A stretch of 59,611 nucleotides of DNA, counting the filler, from Sluysia triapertura (Eukaryota): NCBI GenBank assembly GCA_046118255.1. It is 4 parts of 4 records of this genome, joined end to end, with 100 filler letters (N's around TTAATTAATTAA, not from the genome) between each part and the next. Parts side by side here need not be neighbours in the genome. Positions count along the whole stretch, not along the records: positions 26,341 to 39,562 come from JBJNIA010051670.1; positions 39,663 to 59,611 come from JBJNIA010042133.1; 2 more parts are not named here. One strand, given 5' to 3'. A model generated the notes under the pieces. That model worked only from the letters and a program-made list of their open reading frames with translations, did not search any database and was not told the origin of the DNA. Each line of letters opens with the position of its first letter. The stretch's first letter is position 1. A program made the translations under genes and the position numbers. This document shows, in pieces, positions 39,478 to 53,290 of this stretch.

Positions 39478-39562
39478 TAGGTGACCAGATTTTTAGATGG
39501 GCAAAGCGGGACAACTCTGAAGGAGGGAGAAGTATCAACAAAAATTTTCATACAGAATAAAA
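39478..39562 (+). mobile_element. hAT-like terminus truncated by gap
   Basis: TAGGTGACCAGA...AAAGCGGGACA resembles TAGGGTGACCA-type hAT terminal inverted repeats. Confidence 0.45.
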
Positions 39563-39662
39563 NNNNNNNNNNNNNNNNNNNNNNNNNNNNNNNNNNNNNN
39601 NNNNNNTTAATTAATTAANNNNNNNNNNNNNNNNNNNNNNNNNNNNNNNNNNNNNNNNNNNN
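39563..39662. other. Assembly gap with synthetic linker
   Basis: 44 N + TTAATTAATTAA + 44 N. Confidence 0.97.
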
Positions 39663-39699
39663 TAATTAATATAATAATCACGCTAATTTTAACATAATA

Positions 39700-40386
39700 A
39701 TTACGTTTTATTAATTACGTTAATTTCAAAACAATATAATAAATTCTTACTTAAATAAAATAATTATTTCCAATCAGTTATTAAAATTTCAAAATATTAA
39801 ATCAATCAATTCAAAATGTTAATACAATGCTATTTACACATAAAAATCATAGAATTTTGTAATAAATAATCAATCATGTGATGATATAAATATTTAAAAT
39901 CAGTCTATTGGAATCTTTGGATATTTGCTCATACCAAACTATTGGAAATTTTGAAAAAATATATTTCACAGTCATTGTTCCATGAATAAGTAAGCTACTT
40001 GTTATTAAGTTCTTAGCTTAAATTTATAGCTTCAAAATCCACATAAAATATCCAAGCATTCTTTATTTTATTTTAATAGAAATAAAGTAAATTAATTATA
40101 AGATTATTAATTCGTTTAATAACAGATAACGTGAGTTCAAACAATCATTTAGAGTTTTATATAAACTTATATTGCTTAGAGAATTCATATAAGTATAAAT
40201 TATTCACGTATCGAAGTTATTAAGGTTACTTTACGAAGTCTTTTTGACATTTGACGTCTCCCTTGGGATAAAAATCGTAAATCACAGGTGAACCCATTTG
40301 CATTATTATAATTGTCACTACTAGTTGATAAAAAAGTAGAACACTGTGGTTTCTTTAAACGTAAAAGCCTACTACCATAAATGGCA
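39700..40386 (+). mobile_element. LTR-like family copy ending at PBS-like TGGCA
   Basis: AATAAGTAAGCT..TAAGTT at ~39985, GACGTC..GATAAAAATCGT..AGGTGAACCCA..TATAATTGT at ~40253-40315, and TGGCA at 40382. Confidence 0.4.
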
Positions 40387-40562
40387 TTTAAACTTAATAA
40401 GACCTACAGGTTTTTGCATCGTAATAACTTTGCAAATATTAGTAACAAATATAACTTTAGTCCCCCATAATGTTCAAAATCTAGAACTATCTTAGTTTAA
40501 AATGGAATTTGACTATATTACGTTATGTTGAATTTATATATTTCAATTTTCAATTTAAAATG

Positions 40563-40714
40563 AAAGTTCCGTTAGACTTCACAAAATGGACTGACCGGAT
40601 CGAACTCGGGCCCTCTCACTGCGCAGTTCGATACTTAACTCACGGAGCCATCAGTTACATTATAGTCAGTTACACTATCATTATTCTATGGCACTTTAGG
40701 CCTTTATCCCAACA
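40563..40714 (-). repeat. Second copy of the TG-started, tRNA-containing repeat
   Basis: The reverse complement TGTTGGGATAAAGGCCTAAAGTGCCA...TCGAACTGCGCAG...CCCGAGTTCGATCCGGTCAGTCCATTTTGTGAAGTCTAAC matches 28548-28712. Confidence 0.9.
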
Positions 40715-41859
40715 GTTTAACATATTTGATTTTATAAAATTTTGATTTAATATTTTATAATTCTCTGGAATTTATACCTCTATTTAAAATGAGAATTTCT
40801 AAATGTGATATGTTTTAATAGCACTAAACTTCGGAATGGATTTTTAATGAAGTATTATAATTAGTAGCTTAATAAGTAAAGGTTTTCAAACTGTAAACAA
40901 ATTTTAAAAAATTTTATTGACGTAAATTGGAAATTTTAAAAGGTTTTAAAAATATTTTAAGAATATTCTACATGTTCTTTAAAATAATCGAAAACCTATT
41001 ACTTATAAAAACTAATGGTAACCGATAATGTTATCATTACCGTAATAATAATGAATATTGCGTAATCATATTTATATATATTTTATTAAAGAATTTTATA
41101 AAGTTTTTATAATATTTAATAAATTTTTCTTTTATAACAAAAATTTAATTCATAATAAACACCAAAATCTGAAAGTATTTTATAAAAGAATTTAAAATGA
41201 ATTTTAAATTAATGAATTTTAAATGAATTAAAATGATCTCATGAAACTAAATATTAATGTATTGAAGTAATTTTGATAGCTTTGTTATCTATCGTCTTTT
41301 ATTAACGTTGTGGTACATCAATAATGCTAGTATTTATTACAAAATTACTTTAAAAATAATCCTAATGCTTACTGACTAAGAGTTCACCTTAGTATATGAC
41401 ATATTATTTTACAATTACTCTTAAAATTTTCTTTTCTAAATTGTGCTTTTTATATTATTAAAAACTACTTTATTATGATGGTAATTACTTAGAGTGCATC
41501 GTAACATTTATATAAGATAGTCCTTCAGTAATTTTTAGAGAAATAAAAAAGTTTCTTATAATAATTAAGATGTTCAAATCAATTATTTTATAGACATAAG
41601 GGTAAAGTACTTTTTACGCATAATTATTAATAGGTATTTTTAGGTATTTTATAAAGCACTTTTAAAATTGTCAGTTTGTTGCTAATGATAAAATATACTT
41701 TTAACTCATAATATGAAGTAATTATTATAGTGGAAACTATCACTTATCCGCAAACATGAACAACAAAAGTTATGATAAAGTAAGATTTTATTATTTTTGT
41801 CACCAAAATATTTCTTTTATACTTTATAAAAGGTTCGTTTGTATAGATATCCTTTAGAT

Positions 41860-42044
41860 CAGTGTTCTTCAAAAGGGGTAGCGCGACTCACCAGTGGGTC
41901 GCGAAAAATTTTAAAGTTATAGCAAAATATTCATAATTTTTTTGGTGTTAAAAAATATTTATTAAAAAAATTTACTTTATTATTTTTATTTTAGTCCATA
42001 GACATCGCGAAAAAAATTGGACTTGTAAAGTGTGAAGATCACTG
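41860..42044. mobile_element. hAT (Charlie-like) MITE
   Basis: TIRs CAGTGTTCTTCA / TGAAGATCACTG; 8-bp TSD CTTTAGAT / CTTTTGAT (7 of 8 match). Confidence 0.85.
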
Positions 42045-42488
42045 CTTTTGATGACGTTTAATCGACATTTGTACATTATCATTGTAAATTTTGTATACGA
42101 TTATAAATATTGCGATTTTTAGTAAAAATAATCAATTTTTTGAATTATGTTAGTTAAACTGTTTGAATGAAATTTTTGTCCAATAAGCCGTATAATTAAT
42201 TTAGTAAGAAATAATTTGTTGACAAAATTTTTCTTCATTTTTATTCACTCTAATTTTATGGATAAAAATTGATGCCTTCGCTATTCAGAATTCTGTAATA
42301 TTATTAAATTAAATACTGAAGCCACTGAGTATTTCGTTCATAAACAAACATATAAAACTTATATTCAATCAATTAAATTATATTTATTTTGTAGAAGTTA
42401 TTAATTTTGTTTTATTTAAGTTTTATATTTGTAAATGTAGATAAAATTTTAGATTGATTTAATATGATCCTGATATATGCTTTTTAAG

Positions 42489-42610
42489 GTTTTAGTAAAT
42501 TAAAAGATTTAGAAGTTAGAGAGTTGCTGTTGGTCGAAGATGTAAAGATATTTGTAAATAGTTGTATTAAGTTAAAACATCTTATATTATAATACAGTAG
42601 ATAAGGATCA
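42489..42610 (+). pseudogene. F-box/LRR-like exon fragment
   Basis: After TTTTTAAG|: GFSKLKDLEVRELLLVEDVKIFVNSCIKLKHLIL*, a cysteine-containing LRR pattern. Confidence 0.3.
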
Positions 42611-43959
42611 CTGTCTTTCAATAAATGTTTGAACAAAATAGTATAAACATAAAAAATTCTTGTTTATATTTTTCGGATGTTAAATTTAAAAAGTTAAAAA
42701 GGCAAAGAAAGTTATAAATGTATTATCTAAAATAAATAAAATTTATAATGATAGCAAAATAAATAGTTGTTACTGCATTATTTAAACAAATTAAAAACTA
42801 GATAAAACTAAAATTATGAATAGTATCTCACTCGAAAATAAAATCTGATATATCACAATATAAAATAAAAACTAGTGATTCTGTTTGAGTATATAATAAA
42901 AGACTCCAATTTAAAATAAATTCTTCATTATGTTCAAAATTATATTTAAATTTTCTTATTATAAAACTCTGAAATGTATATATATTTTTTAAAATTATAT
43001 TATCACATATTTTGTTAAACTTTTTGAATAAATAATCTATTTATTTTATATCGGATGAGTCTAGAGCAAAAATTCAATATCACTACATTATATAAGTCTG
43101 ACTAAATAATTGAATAAAAAGTAATATATCTATCAAAATTTTAAAACGAAATAACTACTGATTTGGTGATTAATTATTTTTCAAAACTTTTATAAACTTT
43201 TCGATTGTTTAGAGGTTGCAAAGGACGAAAATTTTCCGTAGTACCACAAGCATCACCCATATGAACATGACGAAATTCCAATATCTGAAAAAATATTAAT
43301 AACTTTAAAAAAATCTAAAATTATAATTTAATTTTTATAAATAAACGTTTTTTAAATATATTTTATTACATATTCGTTTTACAATTTTTACAATAGTAAT
43401 TTATTTTACAATAATAATTGTTATTAATATAAATTTGAAATTTAAATAAAATGAAACAAATATTAAATTTTCTGTGAAAAATCAAAATAAATTAAATTGT
43501 TTAAAATGAAAAGCTAAGAAACAAATTAAAAGCAAAACCTATAGTTGTAATATAAAGTTATTGATAGCTATTATAAGTGATAAATGGAAGTGTAGTTTAT
43601 TAGGCAGCATTCCTACTTAATCCTGAACATATATCATTGACGTACATTCATTACAATTGTATGAGGATTACTTAAAAGTATTACTTTATTTTCAGTTTTA
43701 TTAAATTATTAAATAATGACTAATATTATCAAAAACATTTCTAAAAGTGTGATTAACCTACGATTTTGCTGTTTAAACCTAAGTTGGTAACACAACCTTC
43801 TCAAAGTATTAAAATAAACCATTCAAAATCGTCAATTTCTAAAAAAGAAAACTTATTACTAAAAATAGAACATTGGGTGGTGACTAGTATATAAACTAGT
43901 ATCAGTAAAATTGCCATTTTGGACTTAACCACCATTTTGTTTATAAATTTTTGTTTAAC

Positions 43960-45000
43960 CATAGAGAAGACATAATCAAAATGTTATCAAGTCGTTGCAT
44001 CGCTTGGAGCAATTGCATATTCAATTTCAATGGGCCATTCAGCATAGTTAAGTTCATTTATTAGTAGGGCATTTTAGGAGAACAAGATGAATTTGATTTA
44101 TTCTAGCAAACAATCAGTAAGTTATATTTCTGTAAGTTCATTTCAGTCCTATGGATTGGAATAATAAAATCTTACGAAAAATCATTTATTTAATTTTGTT
44201 TATTCCGATCTGCTGAGGGATTTTTACATTCAGATTATATTATTAAAGAGAAAACTATAGATCCTTTGGGATTTTAGTTGTAAAATATCAATTTTTATTG
44301 TTATTTCTATTTGTCTACGTTCTTCCATTATATTATAGTTGTTAACAAAATTTTCAGTTTAATCGAAGTTAAATTAATTAATCAGTTGTGATAGTCAAAA
44401 ACTGTGTTTTGATATAATTTGGAAATAGTTTTTAGAAATTTAAAAAGAAAAAGAAACTTTGAAGTGATTTTCTTTAATAAAATTTAGGATTAGATTGATT
44501 AAAATCCTTAATTATAAGACCCTCTTCTAAAGCAATATTTATAGATTCCCACCGGATCCTGCTCAATTTTATTTTGCTGTAGGTCAAAAAAAGAAAGAAT
44601 ATAACAATGTCTATATTTAAAGTTTATTTTTTGTAAACCACATTTTTCAAGTAAACAATTAGTTACTAGAAGACATTTAAAACAAACATCCAGCTATTTC
44701 AAAATTTACTCATTAGCTCTTATCACTGAAAGAAATTTACAGAGTGATATGTGGCCAACTTCAAACAAATTTTGTTAAGTTTGAAATGATTTTAAAAGAC
44801 GCTGTATACGTTTTATAATACGATGTTTAATATATACTGGCTTACAGTGAATTAAACGCATTAATAACAATGCAAAATTATCGCAGCAATTCTGCTGGTT
44901 GGAGTAGAAAAAAAGTTAGTTTATTCCAGTAGCATATCATGGATGAGCAATTATAATCTTTCTACAATCAATTATTGACTTTTAAGATTATGTAACATAA
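43960..45000 (+). pseudogene. Decayed MFS sugar transporter (Tret1-like) remnant
   Basis: Collinear motifs ASLGAIAYSISMG, LWIG, G(Q)KK after an AG acceptor, EIYRVICGQL...F, and IAAILL..(GR)KKL..SS. Numerous stops. Confidence 0.4.
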
Positions 45001-45260
45001 ATTTTGAAAATGTCCCAATTTTTATATGTTCTAGATGTAGCGAATAAAGTCAACTTTGTAAAATGACATATCCTAAATTAGTTATATAAGAAGTCAATCG
45101 ATCTTAATTATTACACTTTAGTCTAAGGACTTATTTAACGTACCTTCTAGTTATCTAAAATAAGACTTACTTTAATATTAGCCATGTTACCAACAAAAAA
45201 ATCCTCGCAAATAAATAATATTAATATTTTAAATACAATAACAACGATGATAATAATAAC

Positions 45261-45370
45261 CTGATCATCACTCATATAGTTTGATTGTTCAAATACAATC
45301 CAAGTGACAGATTCATAGCAAGGCGGTGTTGTTAAAGAACCACTATATGTGTAATATCGTTCAGTATTGC
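45261..45370 (-). CDS. Alpha-carbonic anhydrase internal exon
   Basis: CATAG| acceptor and CAG|GT donor bound an open exon encoding (G)NTERYYTYSGSLTTPPCYESVTWIVFEQSNYMSDDQ. GSLTTPPCxExVxWIV is the alpha-CA signature. Confidence 0.9.
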
Positions 45371-46899
45371 CTATGATTATAAAAGTAAAAATTTATTTAT
45401 TTATAAATTTTAAGTAGATAATAATCTTACATTTTAATATGCATTTGTAAACTTTTAAATTTAGAATACTAAATATTAGTTTAAAAATCTGCGAATTTCA
45501 ACAAAACCATGAATATTGAGAAAATCATTAATCTTTACAAGTTTGCAGTTTCTCATCAGTGTAATTCAAGCTACTTTCAATAAATTCATATATTTTCAAG
45601 TGTCAACTACCATCTACTCTTCGTTGATAATAATTAAAAATAACATGAATTTATGAAATATGTGGTCAACGGAGTAAACGTGTATTTATTATTATATAAA
45701 TAATTTTTCAAAGTATTATTATTTAAATGTAATAAAACTGATTTTATACGAATCCTCAATCACACATGTATTTATAATCGTTAAAAATCATCATAACTTT
45801 TATAAGCTGTTTGAACAACCTAAGGACAACATTCTGGTTACGAGATACCTCCTATTTATCATTTATTAGTTATAATCTCAAAACCTTTAGAAAATTAACT
45901 ACAAGATATATCGGGTTGGAGTTAATACAATCCTTGCATCTTATTTTAACATCTGATAAAATAAATATTATTTTTAATAGATCCAATTTAACACTAAACA
46001 ATATATTCATTATTAAAAGCAAAAATTATATGTAAATTACTACTAATAATAATAATAAAACTGTTTACTTAAATTTAACACAAATATCCTCTTATTTAAT
46101 ATTAATTCACATCAGTACAAACATACAACATCTAAAAACAGATGTATGTGACATTTATTATGTGTTAAGTTTGAAATTTAAATAAAAAATAAAATTTAAA
46201 CAAAAAAATAGTTTATTATTAAACAAATTCCGTTTTTATTGTAATCTGAATAAAATAAACTAAATTTTGCAAATTTAAAGGCAAATAAATAACTGATTAT
46301 GTTTGTAAATATTTAATTATTGCTGTTTTATTTTTATTTATTTATCAGTTACGATTAAAAAATGTTAGTAAATTTTAATTAAGTTTATAATACATTATAG
46401 AAAATCCATTTTTATATTTTCAAATTTTCTTAACTGATCCAATAAAGACATTCTTTTGTGATTATTAAAAATATATTGAGAATTTGATTTTGTTATTGTT
46501 AATAATTTTAAATAAAGACACAACACTAAAACAATAATATGTTAAAAGCAAATAATAGTTTCAAAATTTAATTTTAATAAAAATTGCTAACAATTTATTA
46601 AAAACAAGCTACTTATAAAAAATAATAGTTATAAAATCAACGTTAAGCAACTAATATAATCTTAAAATATGAATTTATTGGTTTAATTTTATTTCTAAAA
46701 ATACTTAATTTTAAGTTAGAAATATTTTGTTCATGTCCAATGCGTGATCCACATTTCGAGTTTAGCTAATGATTAACATTTAAAAGATAATAAATGTATT
46801 AAAATATATTAATACACTTTAATATAAATAAATAAATACAGTTTAAAGGATATTAAATCCATACTTTAATTGTAATGATTTTATCTATATTGTCTAAAT

Positions 46900-47110
46900 C
46901 ACGGTTTCTCAACCGTTGGGTCGCGGATTCGCGGCTTAGAATAAATAAAATAATATATTATAATGTAAATATAAACTACATACAAAAAATTAATTTATAA
47001 AATAAAAAAGCTAATTAACGCCAACAGTATCTGTCTTTTTTATTTCTTAGCATTCCTTTATGTAGTAAAAAAAATTGGGACTCAGAAAATTTTATCGGGT
47101 TGAGGGTTAA
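46900..47110. mobile_element. Degenerate Charlie-like MITE
   Basis: Left end CACGGTTTCTCAACCGTTGGGTCGCG; the right end is eroded. Confidence 0.5.
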
Positions 47111-47406
47111 AAAGATTTTATAAAACACACTTTCTTATTTTAACTCTTTTCAAAATGATTGTAAATTTATATTAAATCATTAGTCAATTTCCACTCGTTT
47201 CTTGTTTTCAAAATACCTGACAATATCCGCCAGAAAATGGAAAATCTATATTGAATGTGTGACTTTCAAAATCTTAGTTCCGTTGTTTTAAATAAATCTG
47301 CCGGTGTTAACATAAGAATAATAAAAACGGTCTTAATAAATCATAACATCTGTTAGTAGTTTTCGAATAAAATTTATAATACATAGCTATCATTAGTGCC
47401 ACAAAC

Positions 47407-47461
<55 letters not shown>
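47407..47461. repeat. (AAT)n microsatellite
   Basis: Perfect run. Confidence 0.95.
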
Positions 47462-48679
47462 GACAGGTAAAAGTTCATATTAAATTCCCAATTTATAATT
47501 TTTTGCTTTACTATTTAAAGTTTTATGGAATTCTTTTGGATAATAATGTTAATTCTAAATAACGATATTTGAATAAGCTAAATATAACACATTTTCGATA
47601 ATTGGAAAAGATTTTTCAATAGTACATATATGAAATGTAAACAAATGACTTCTGTTTCATTTTTTCGTGCATTAATTTTGCAAAAACAAAAATAAATGAA
47701 TTTCAAATCTAAATTTGTAAAATTAACCATAATTCAATTTTAAACAAATCGATTTCAAAATAATGTAAATAAAATGCAGTTTAAAACAGAATTTGTCAAC
47801 TTAAATTGAATTTAATTAATCAATAATTTATACTTTAAAAAATCTAGCTACTTTTATTATTATTATTAGTATTATCATTATCATTATTACTCTTACTCTT
47901 ACTCTTATTATTAATAAAATTTATGAGTTATTGTTTTAAATTAAAATTAAAATACTTAACCTTGATCAACTTTATAAAACATTTACTTTTAATTCTTTAA
48001 AATTATTCAGATTTAATTTTCTAATAGATAACTTAATTATTGAAACTGTCACAATATTTTAATTAATATCAAATGATTTTAAAACCTTATCTGCAAGGTC
48101 ATGATTCTAGTGACGTTAGATATAGAAGTGCGAATAAAACTTTTAGAATTTTCTTTCAGTCTCAAATAAAAAAAATTTAAAAAACGATATCAACTAAGAC
48201 ATATTTCTAAAATGTATTACAATTAGTTTATTTTCTATAATAATAATAATTATTATTATTATTATCATATAAATAAATAATAATAAATTATCAAATAGTC
48301 CATTTTACTCTACAATAAAATATACATTTTCTTATTTTTACCGTATGTGGCCAATTTATGTTTTTGCATTTCCATGATGTTCTTATTTAGTTTGTATCTC
48401 CTTTCCTAGCTAATTAAATGTGATAAGCTCCATTCTTTTTGTTCTTTTTCTTTCATTATCTTTTCAGTAAATTTTGAATTATTTCTTTTTAACTTTTAAA
48501 TTTTTAAGGTTTTCTTATTAAAGTTCTTGAAAAATTAATTTTATAAAAACATTTAAAGAATTATAAAGTTTTCTTTATACATTATTTATATCATTACTAG
48601 CACTACTACTACTATTATTATTATCATTATACTAATTTATACATCGCTTATATCAATTGTAAAGTAGTCAGAAGCTCAT

Positions 48680-48830
48680 AAAATAAATAATTCTTAAATA
48701 CTTTTTAACCTTCCAGTGATTTGACATTCTCTGACAAACTGGTTGTATATTTTTGAAACATAAATGGTACATGACCTAACAATTATTTTACTGTAAATGC
48801 ATATCGTGAATATATTGTTGCAGCTTTTTA
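48680..48830 (-). mobile_element. L2-type LINE 3' fragment
   Basis: The reverse complement TACCATTTATGTTTCAAAAATATACAACCAG..CAGAGAATGTCAAATCACTGGAAG matches 54945-55002. Confidence 0.7.
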
Positions 48831-49011
48831 TCATTTAATTCGATTTCCGTATTTTTTATGATTTAATGTTAATGTTTTTGATATCAAATCTAATTCAATC
48901 GATAATTTTGACTGAATTAAATCATGTAAAATCATAAATGAACTTTGAATAAATTTGACATCGGATTGATGCATTATCATTAAATCTCTCATGAAACAAG
49001 CGACACAACAC

Positions 49012-49058
<47 letters not shown>
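49012..49058. repeat. (AAT)n microsatellite
   Basis: Perfect run. Confidence 0.95.
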
Positions 49059-49059
<1 letters not shown>

Positions 49060-49299
49060 TAGCACTAGTAAAATGTCTGAACAAAAAAGTAACATTGTTT
49101 TCTTAAGTTAATTTATCTTTAACAATTTTGCTTTTTAAATGTCTGTTTTATTTGTTACATTTGCATCTTCAAGATAAAGTTTATTATTCGAATTATAACT
49201 TTTTATATTCTAATAATATTGTATTATTATTATCACTATTATTATTATTATTGTTATTGTTGTTGTTAGAGATACAATAATGACTTAATTTAGAATATA

Positions 49300-49375
49300 C
49301 AAACATATTCAATGGATATACCCTAAGCCCGCACATGAAGAATCGGTAGTCAAAGCGTTAAAAAAGTCCTAAAGC
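49300..49375 (+). pseudogene. Possible replication factor C small-subunit N-terminal fragment
   Basis: QWIYPKPAHEESVVKALKKS* versus recalled RFC4 PWVEKYRPK..VAFQEEVVAVLKKSL; short match. Confidence 0.3.
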
Positions 49376-50289
49376 ATAATTGTTTCATTATTAATAATCA
49401 GATAATATATTAATGAAGATTATAATACAAATAGGAAACAAATATAGTTTCTTCATTTTGAAAATTTTACTCAAGAAAAAGTGCTTAAAACATGGCAAAA
49501 GATATATCACTAAAACATGTAGTTATTTTATTATTTTAATGTTTAAAATTAATACAGAATCCAAGTAATTTATTAATTTAAGTATACTGTTTATTTGAAT
49601 CATACATTATGTTTTATTTGTTTCACCTTGGTTACTATTCCTTTTTTATTAAATATATTTAACTTTTAAAAATTTGATGTAAAACTTTTATTTCTCATCA
49701 TAATTAATTTTATGAATATATCTTAGATTTATTTTTGTTTATAATTTTATTTTAAGATTATTAAGTTTTTAGACCATTTTGAAACTTTATTTATTTATTT
49801 ATATATTATTATTATTATCATTATCATTATTATTACTATATTTTAATTTATTCGTCCCTTTTTACTATTTATATTATAGCTCGACTAAACTGCTTCGTGG
49901 ATGATTTTAAGACACTGAAGATAACTGATTAGTTTGTATCATCGGTAATAATATCTTTCAATTCATATAAGTAATTTGATATCATTTTTAACCTCCCAGA
50001 ATCATTTATATATTAAAATGACTTATGATTTAAATATAATTTTAAAAGTGACACTTTGGTTTCTAAAACAAAATAGAATTAACACTTTCTAAATATATAT
50101 ATATTTTATTTATAGTGCCAATCAATAAACTTTTTATTTTATTGTCATTTTTTCATTATTATATTACTTTAGACTGAAACAAATGTGTTCTACAACACTA
50201 GCGATAAGTTGATTTTTACTTTTTATGCAAATTTTGGTTTTTTATCTCTTCTAAGAGTTTCATTATACTGAGATTTTTTGATAATTTTA

Positions 50290-50720
50290 CACAAAAGCAA
50301 GCTTCGAGTCATGTGCCAAGATTTGTGCTTTTGTCGACGAAGGAGCTATCCAGTGTTACAAATGATTCAATTCTGATTATCTTAATATCGAAAATCTGCA
50401 GATAACTTTAAAGGTAAGCTTTCATTAAGTAGTTATGAATTGGTGCACATATTTGGAGTTTCCTCCTATAATACTAACAAATCAACTATATAAAATGAAT
50501 ATTGTGCACCAGAAGCTTCATTAGAATCCACACAAGTTAACTGAAACGCAAGAGAAGCGTCATATTCTAACTTCGATGAAGTGTGAGTCAATTAACCCAA
50601 TCACAAGCACGAAAGGTGGATTTGGCGAAGATCGTTTCGAAATAATGGAACTTCGTTGACATGCTTTATTTTGAATTGGTTCCGAATGGAAGCAAATAAT
50701 CTGACATCCATAAGAATTAT
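50290..50720 (+). pseudogene. IRAK4/Tube-like pseudogene (death domain plus start of kinase)
   Basis: CAKICAFVDE..KVSFH*VVMNWCT..I*NEYCAPEASL..SNFDEV*VN*PNHK.KGGFGE versus recalled IRAK4 [55 protein letters not shown]. Stops and frameshifts present. Confidence 0.6.
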
Positions 50721-50854
50721 TTTTATTTGTTTACAAAAACTGATTCATTTTATAATTATTACATTATAATAATTAAAATAATAATCATTATCTTTATCTG
50801 TGTATTATATTTATTATTTAAATACATCCGGAATTTTTAATTTTCTCGAAAGTA

Positions 50855-50898
<44 letters not shown>

Positions 50899-51009
50899 TA
50901 ATTGTCACATTTCATTATATTATTTAATATTTTTTCAATCACTGCGTGACACTGAAATTTTATTTCAAAAAGTTCGATGAAGAATGTTAATATAGAATAT
51001 GTATTCTAG

Positions 51010-51750
51010 AGACAAAATAAGCAAACGAATCATCAAATAAAAGACATGATTATTATTTGTTATTAACGCTAATTAATGATAATAGTCAGTTTAACAGAAG
51101 TTATTATATGAAGATAGTAATTCGTCGAATCAGTATTCAAGTTTAGAAAGTACAATTATCATTAGCATATGTGAAATTTGTAAACTGATAATGTTTAATT
51201 TAAATTTGAATTTGAAAATTCTATATGAATCGTGTTACTTACATCATGACGATCTTATTTTCTTGCAATCGTGTTTCGAGCTCAGTTTCGAGATATGTTA
51301 ACACTATTTATAACAAAAGTGTCATTTTAACATTTTAATTTGAAATTGTTTTCTAAGTTTAATCATTTTTTCTCAATTCATGTTTTGACTTTTTGTATAA
51401 GAATTGTTAAATTTATTTAGCGATATAATAATCCTAGATATAAATATACGTACCTGGTATAAAAAATCGTAGTAGAAATAGTTTTAAAGGTAAATTTCAT
51501 GAAGATTTAGGAAGTACTTAAAGTAGCAGGTCTAAAAAGATACGACATAAACTTAAATTAATTTGACGCAATTAAATCATGGATTAAACAACGTTTGATG
51601 CAAAGAAATTTACAAATATCAAAATGATCTTAAAATATAATAAATTGTAGAACAAAATAAGAATATCTATCAAAGAATTTATTGATTATGAATATGGATT
51701 AAATTTCTCCAACTAATTTAATTAACGAAGAAAGTTGGTTGCTATAGTAA
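51010..51750 (+). pseudogene. BTB-BACK (BTBD1/2/3/6-like) remnant
   Basis: L*TDNV*F..EN (BTB LYTD motif), then EIVLKVNFMKI..LKRYDIN..FDAIKSWIKQ..KIRISIKEF (BACK pattern). Many stops. Confidence 0.45.
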
Positions 51751-52929
51751 AATAAGTATAACTTAATAACTTTTACAATATGTTTATTTACTTATACTAA
51801 AACATATTATAACAATTTAATAAATCATCAAATTATTAAATTACATAAAATTTAATAATTATATGTTAGAGAAATAATAATAAAATGATACATTTAAAAA
51901 TGTGTCTTTCATTTAAATGATTAAGAAAATAACCTCAAAAATGAACTTAATTTAAGAAGTAAGTAAGAATAAACAAAGCATTAGCTAAACATCTGAGACT
52001 TTGTAAGAATGAAAAAACACGATTTTAATGAAACAGAAATAAAATCGAATACTAAAACACACACAAACTGAAGGTACGCATATAAAATCATTTATATGAA
52101 TTTCATTATAGAACGAAATTGACCTTGTAATGAAATCTGATTATAGGCAGATTTTAACAATATAAAACTATTTTATAGTTATTAATTTACTGACCAGAGT
52201 ATAATATTAGTGAAAAATGCTAAATAAAATGGAGTTTTCCATATAAACAATACAAGCGCAAATAATTTCGAAGATAATAATAACTAATACTTGTTATTGA
52301 AACAATAATTTGATTTGAATAACACTTGATATTCGAGGAATATTAAATATAATTTATATTTAAATAAACAAAATATAATTACTTATTTTTGTTATATTGA
52401 TAAATATAATTTTGTGTGCTAAACATTTAATTTATTTTTGTGTTTATTATGAAAATCCACAATTCCATCTCTACTACAATAGACCAATTCAGAACTAACC
52501 TTCACAATATAAAAACTAAGCATAAACCGATAACGCTTATAATACTTACGACTATTCCGTTATAGCAATATAACAATAAAACATTATTATTAAAAAATTA
52601 ACTCAATAAAGTTATACTAAGAAATAAAACATAAGATATACTTAAAATAATTATAATATTTACAAAAATTATAACTAATAAAATAGTTAAAAACATATTT
52701 AAGTAAAGTAATAAGACAAGGATATTTTTATTACATTATTATGATTATTTTCTCACAATATCAAAATTAACAATATGTAAACAAATACTTTATTTTATCC
52801 AATAAAAGTAAACATAAACATATATGAAAAGCATATTTTTAACAAAATGAAGTTGTTTTCTTTATGTAATAGTGTAATTATTATGTTTCTTTAATTATAA
52901 AATTCTAATAAAATTGTTGAAATAAATAA

Positions 52930-53290
52930 GGTTGTTAAGCAAACTAAAAGAATCTCATCGGTAGGAAATTGACTTTGTCTTCTAAGTACCTATATAAATT
53001 ACTTTCAACTTTCAAGTAATACAATGTCACCAGAACAATAACATATTGAATAATAAATGAGTTCAGTTGATTTTTAAGTTAATATATAATTCTACAAACG
53101 ATGCTTTTATGGTTTGAAAACGTTAAAAATTGAACACTTGAGTATTAAGTTTAATGATGCTTTAAATGATGAATTATAAAACCTTTATTCAGTATAAGAA
53201 AGCCTTGTAAATTAAATATCTCTAATGAAACTCTTAATAATTTTATTTAATATTAAGGAATTGGCTATTTCTGATTAAAAAAACAAAATT
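52930..53290 (+). pseudogene. Extracellular-type LRR fragment
   Basis: SSVDF*VNI..NDAF(Y)GLKTLK..LS fits LxxLDLSxNxIxxIxxxAFxGLxxL. Confidence 0.35.

Noticed and set aside
50420-50715. Cadherin-like reading on minus strand (VNEVPLF..LEYD)
   Set aside because: Motif spacing is far too short; the plus-strand IRAK4-like reading explains more motifs in order.
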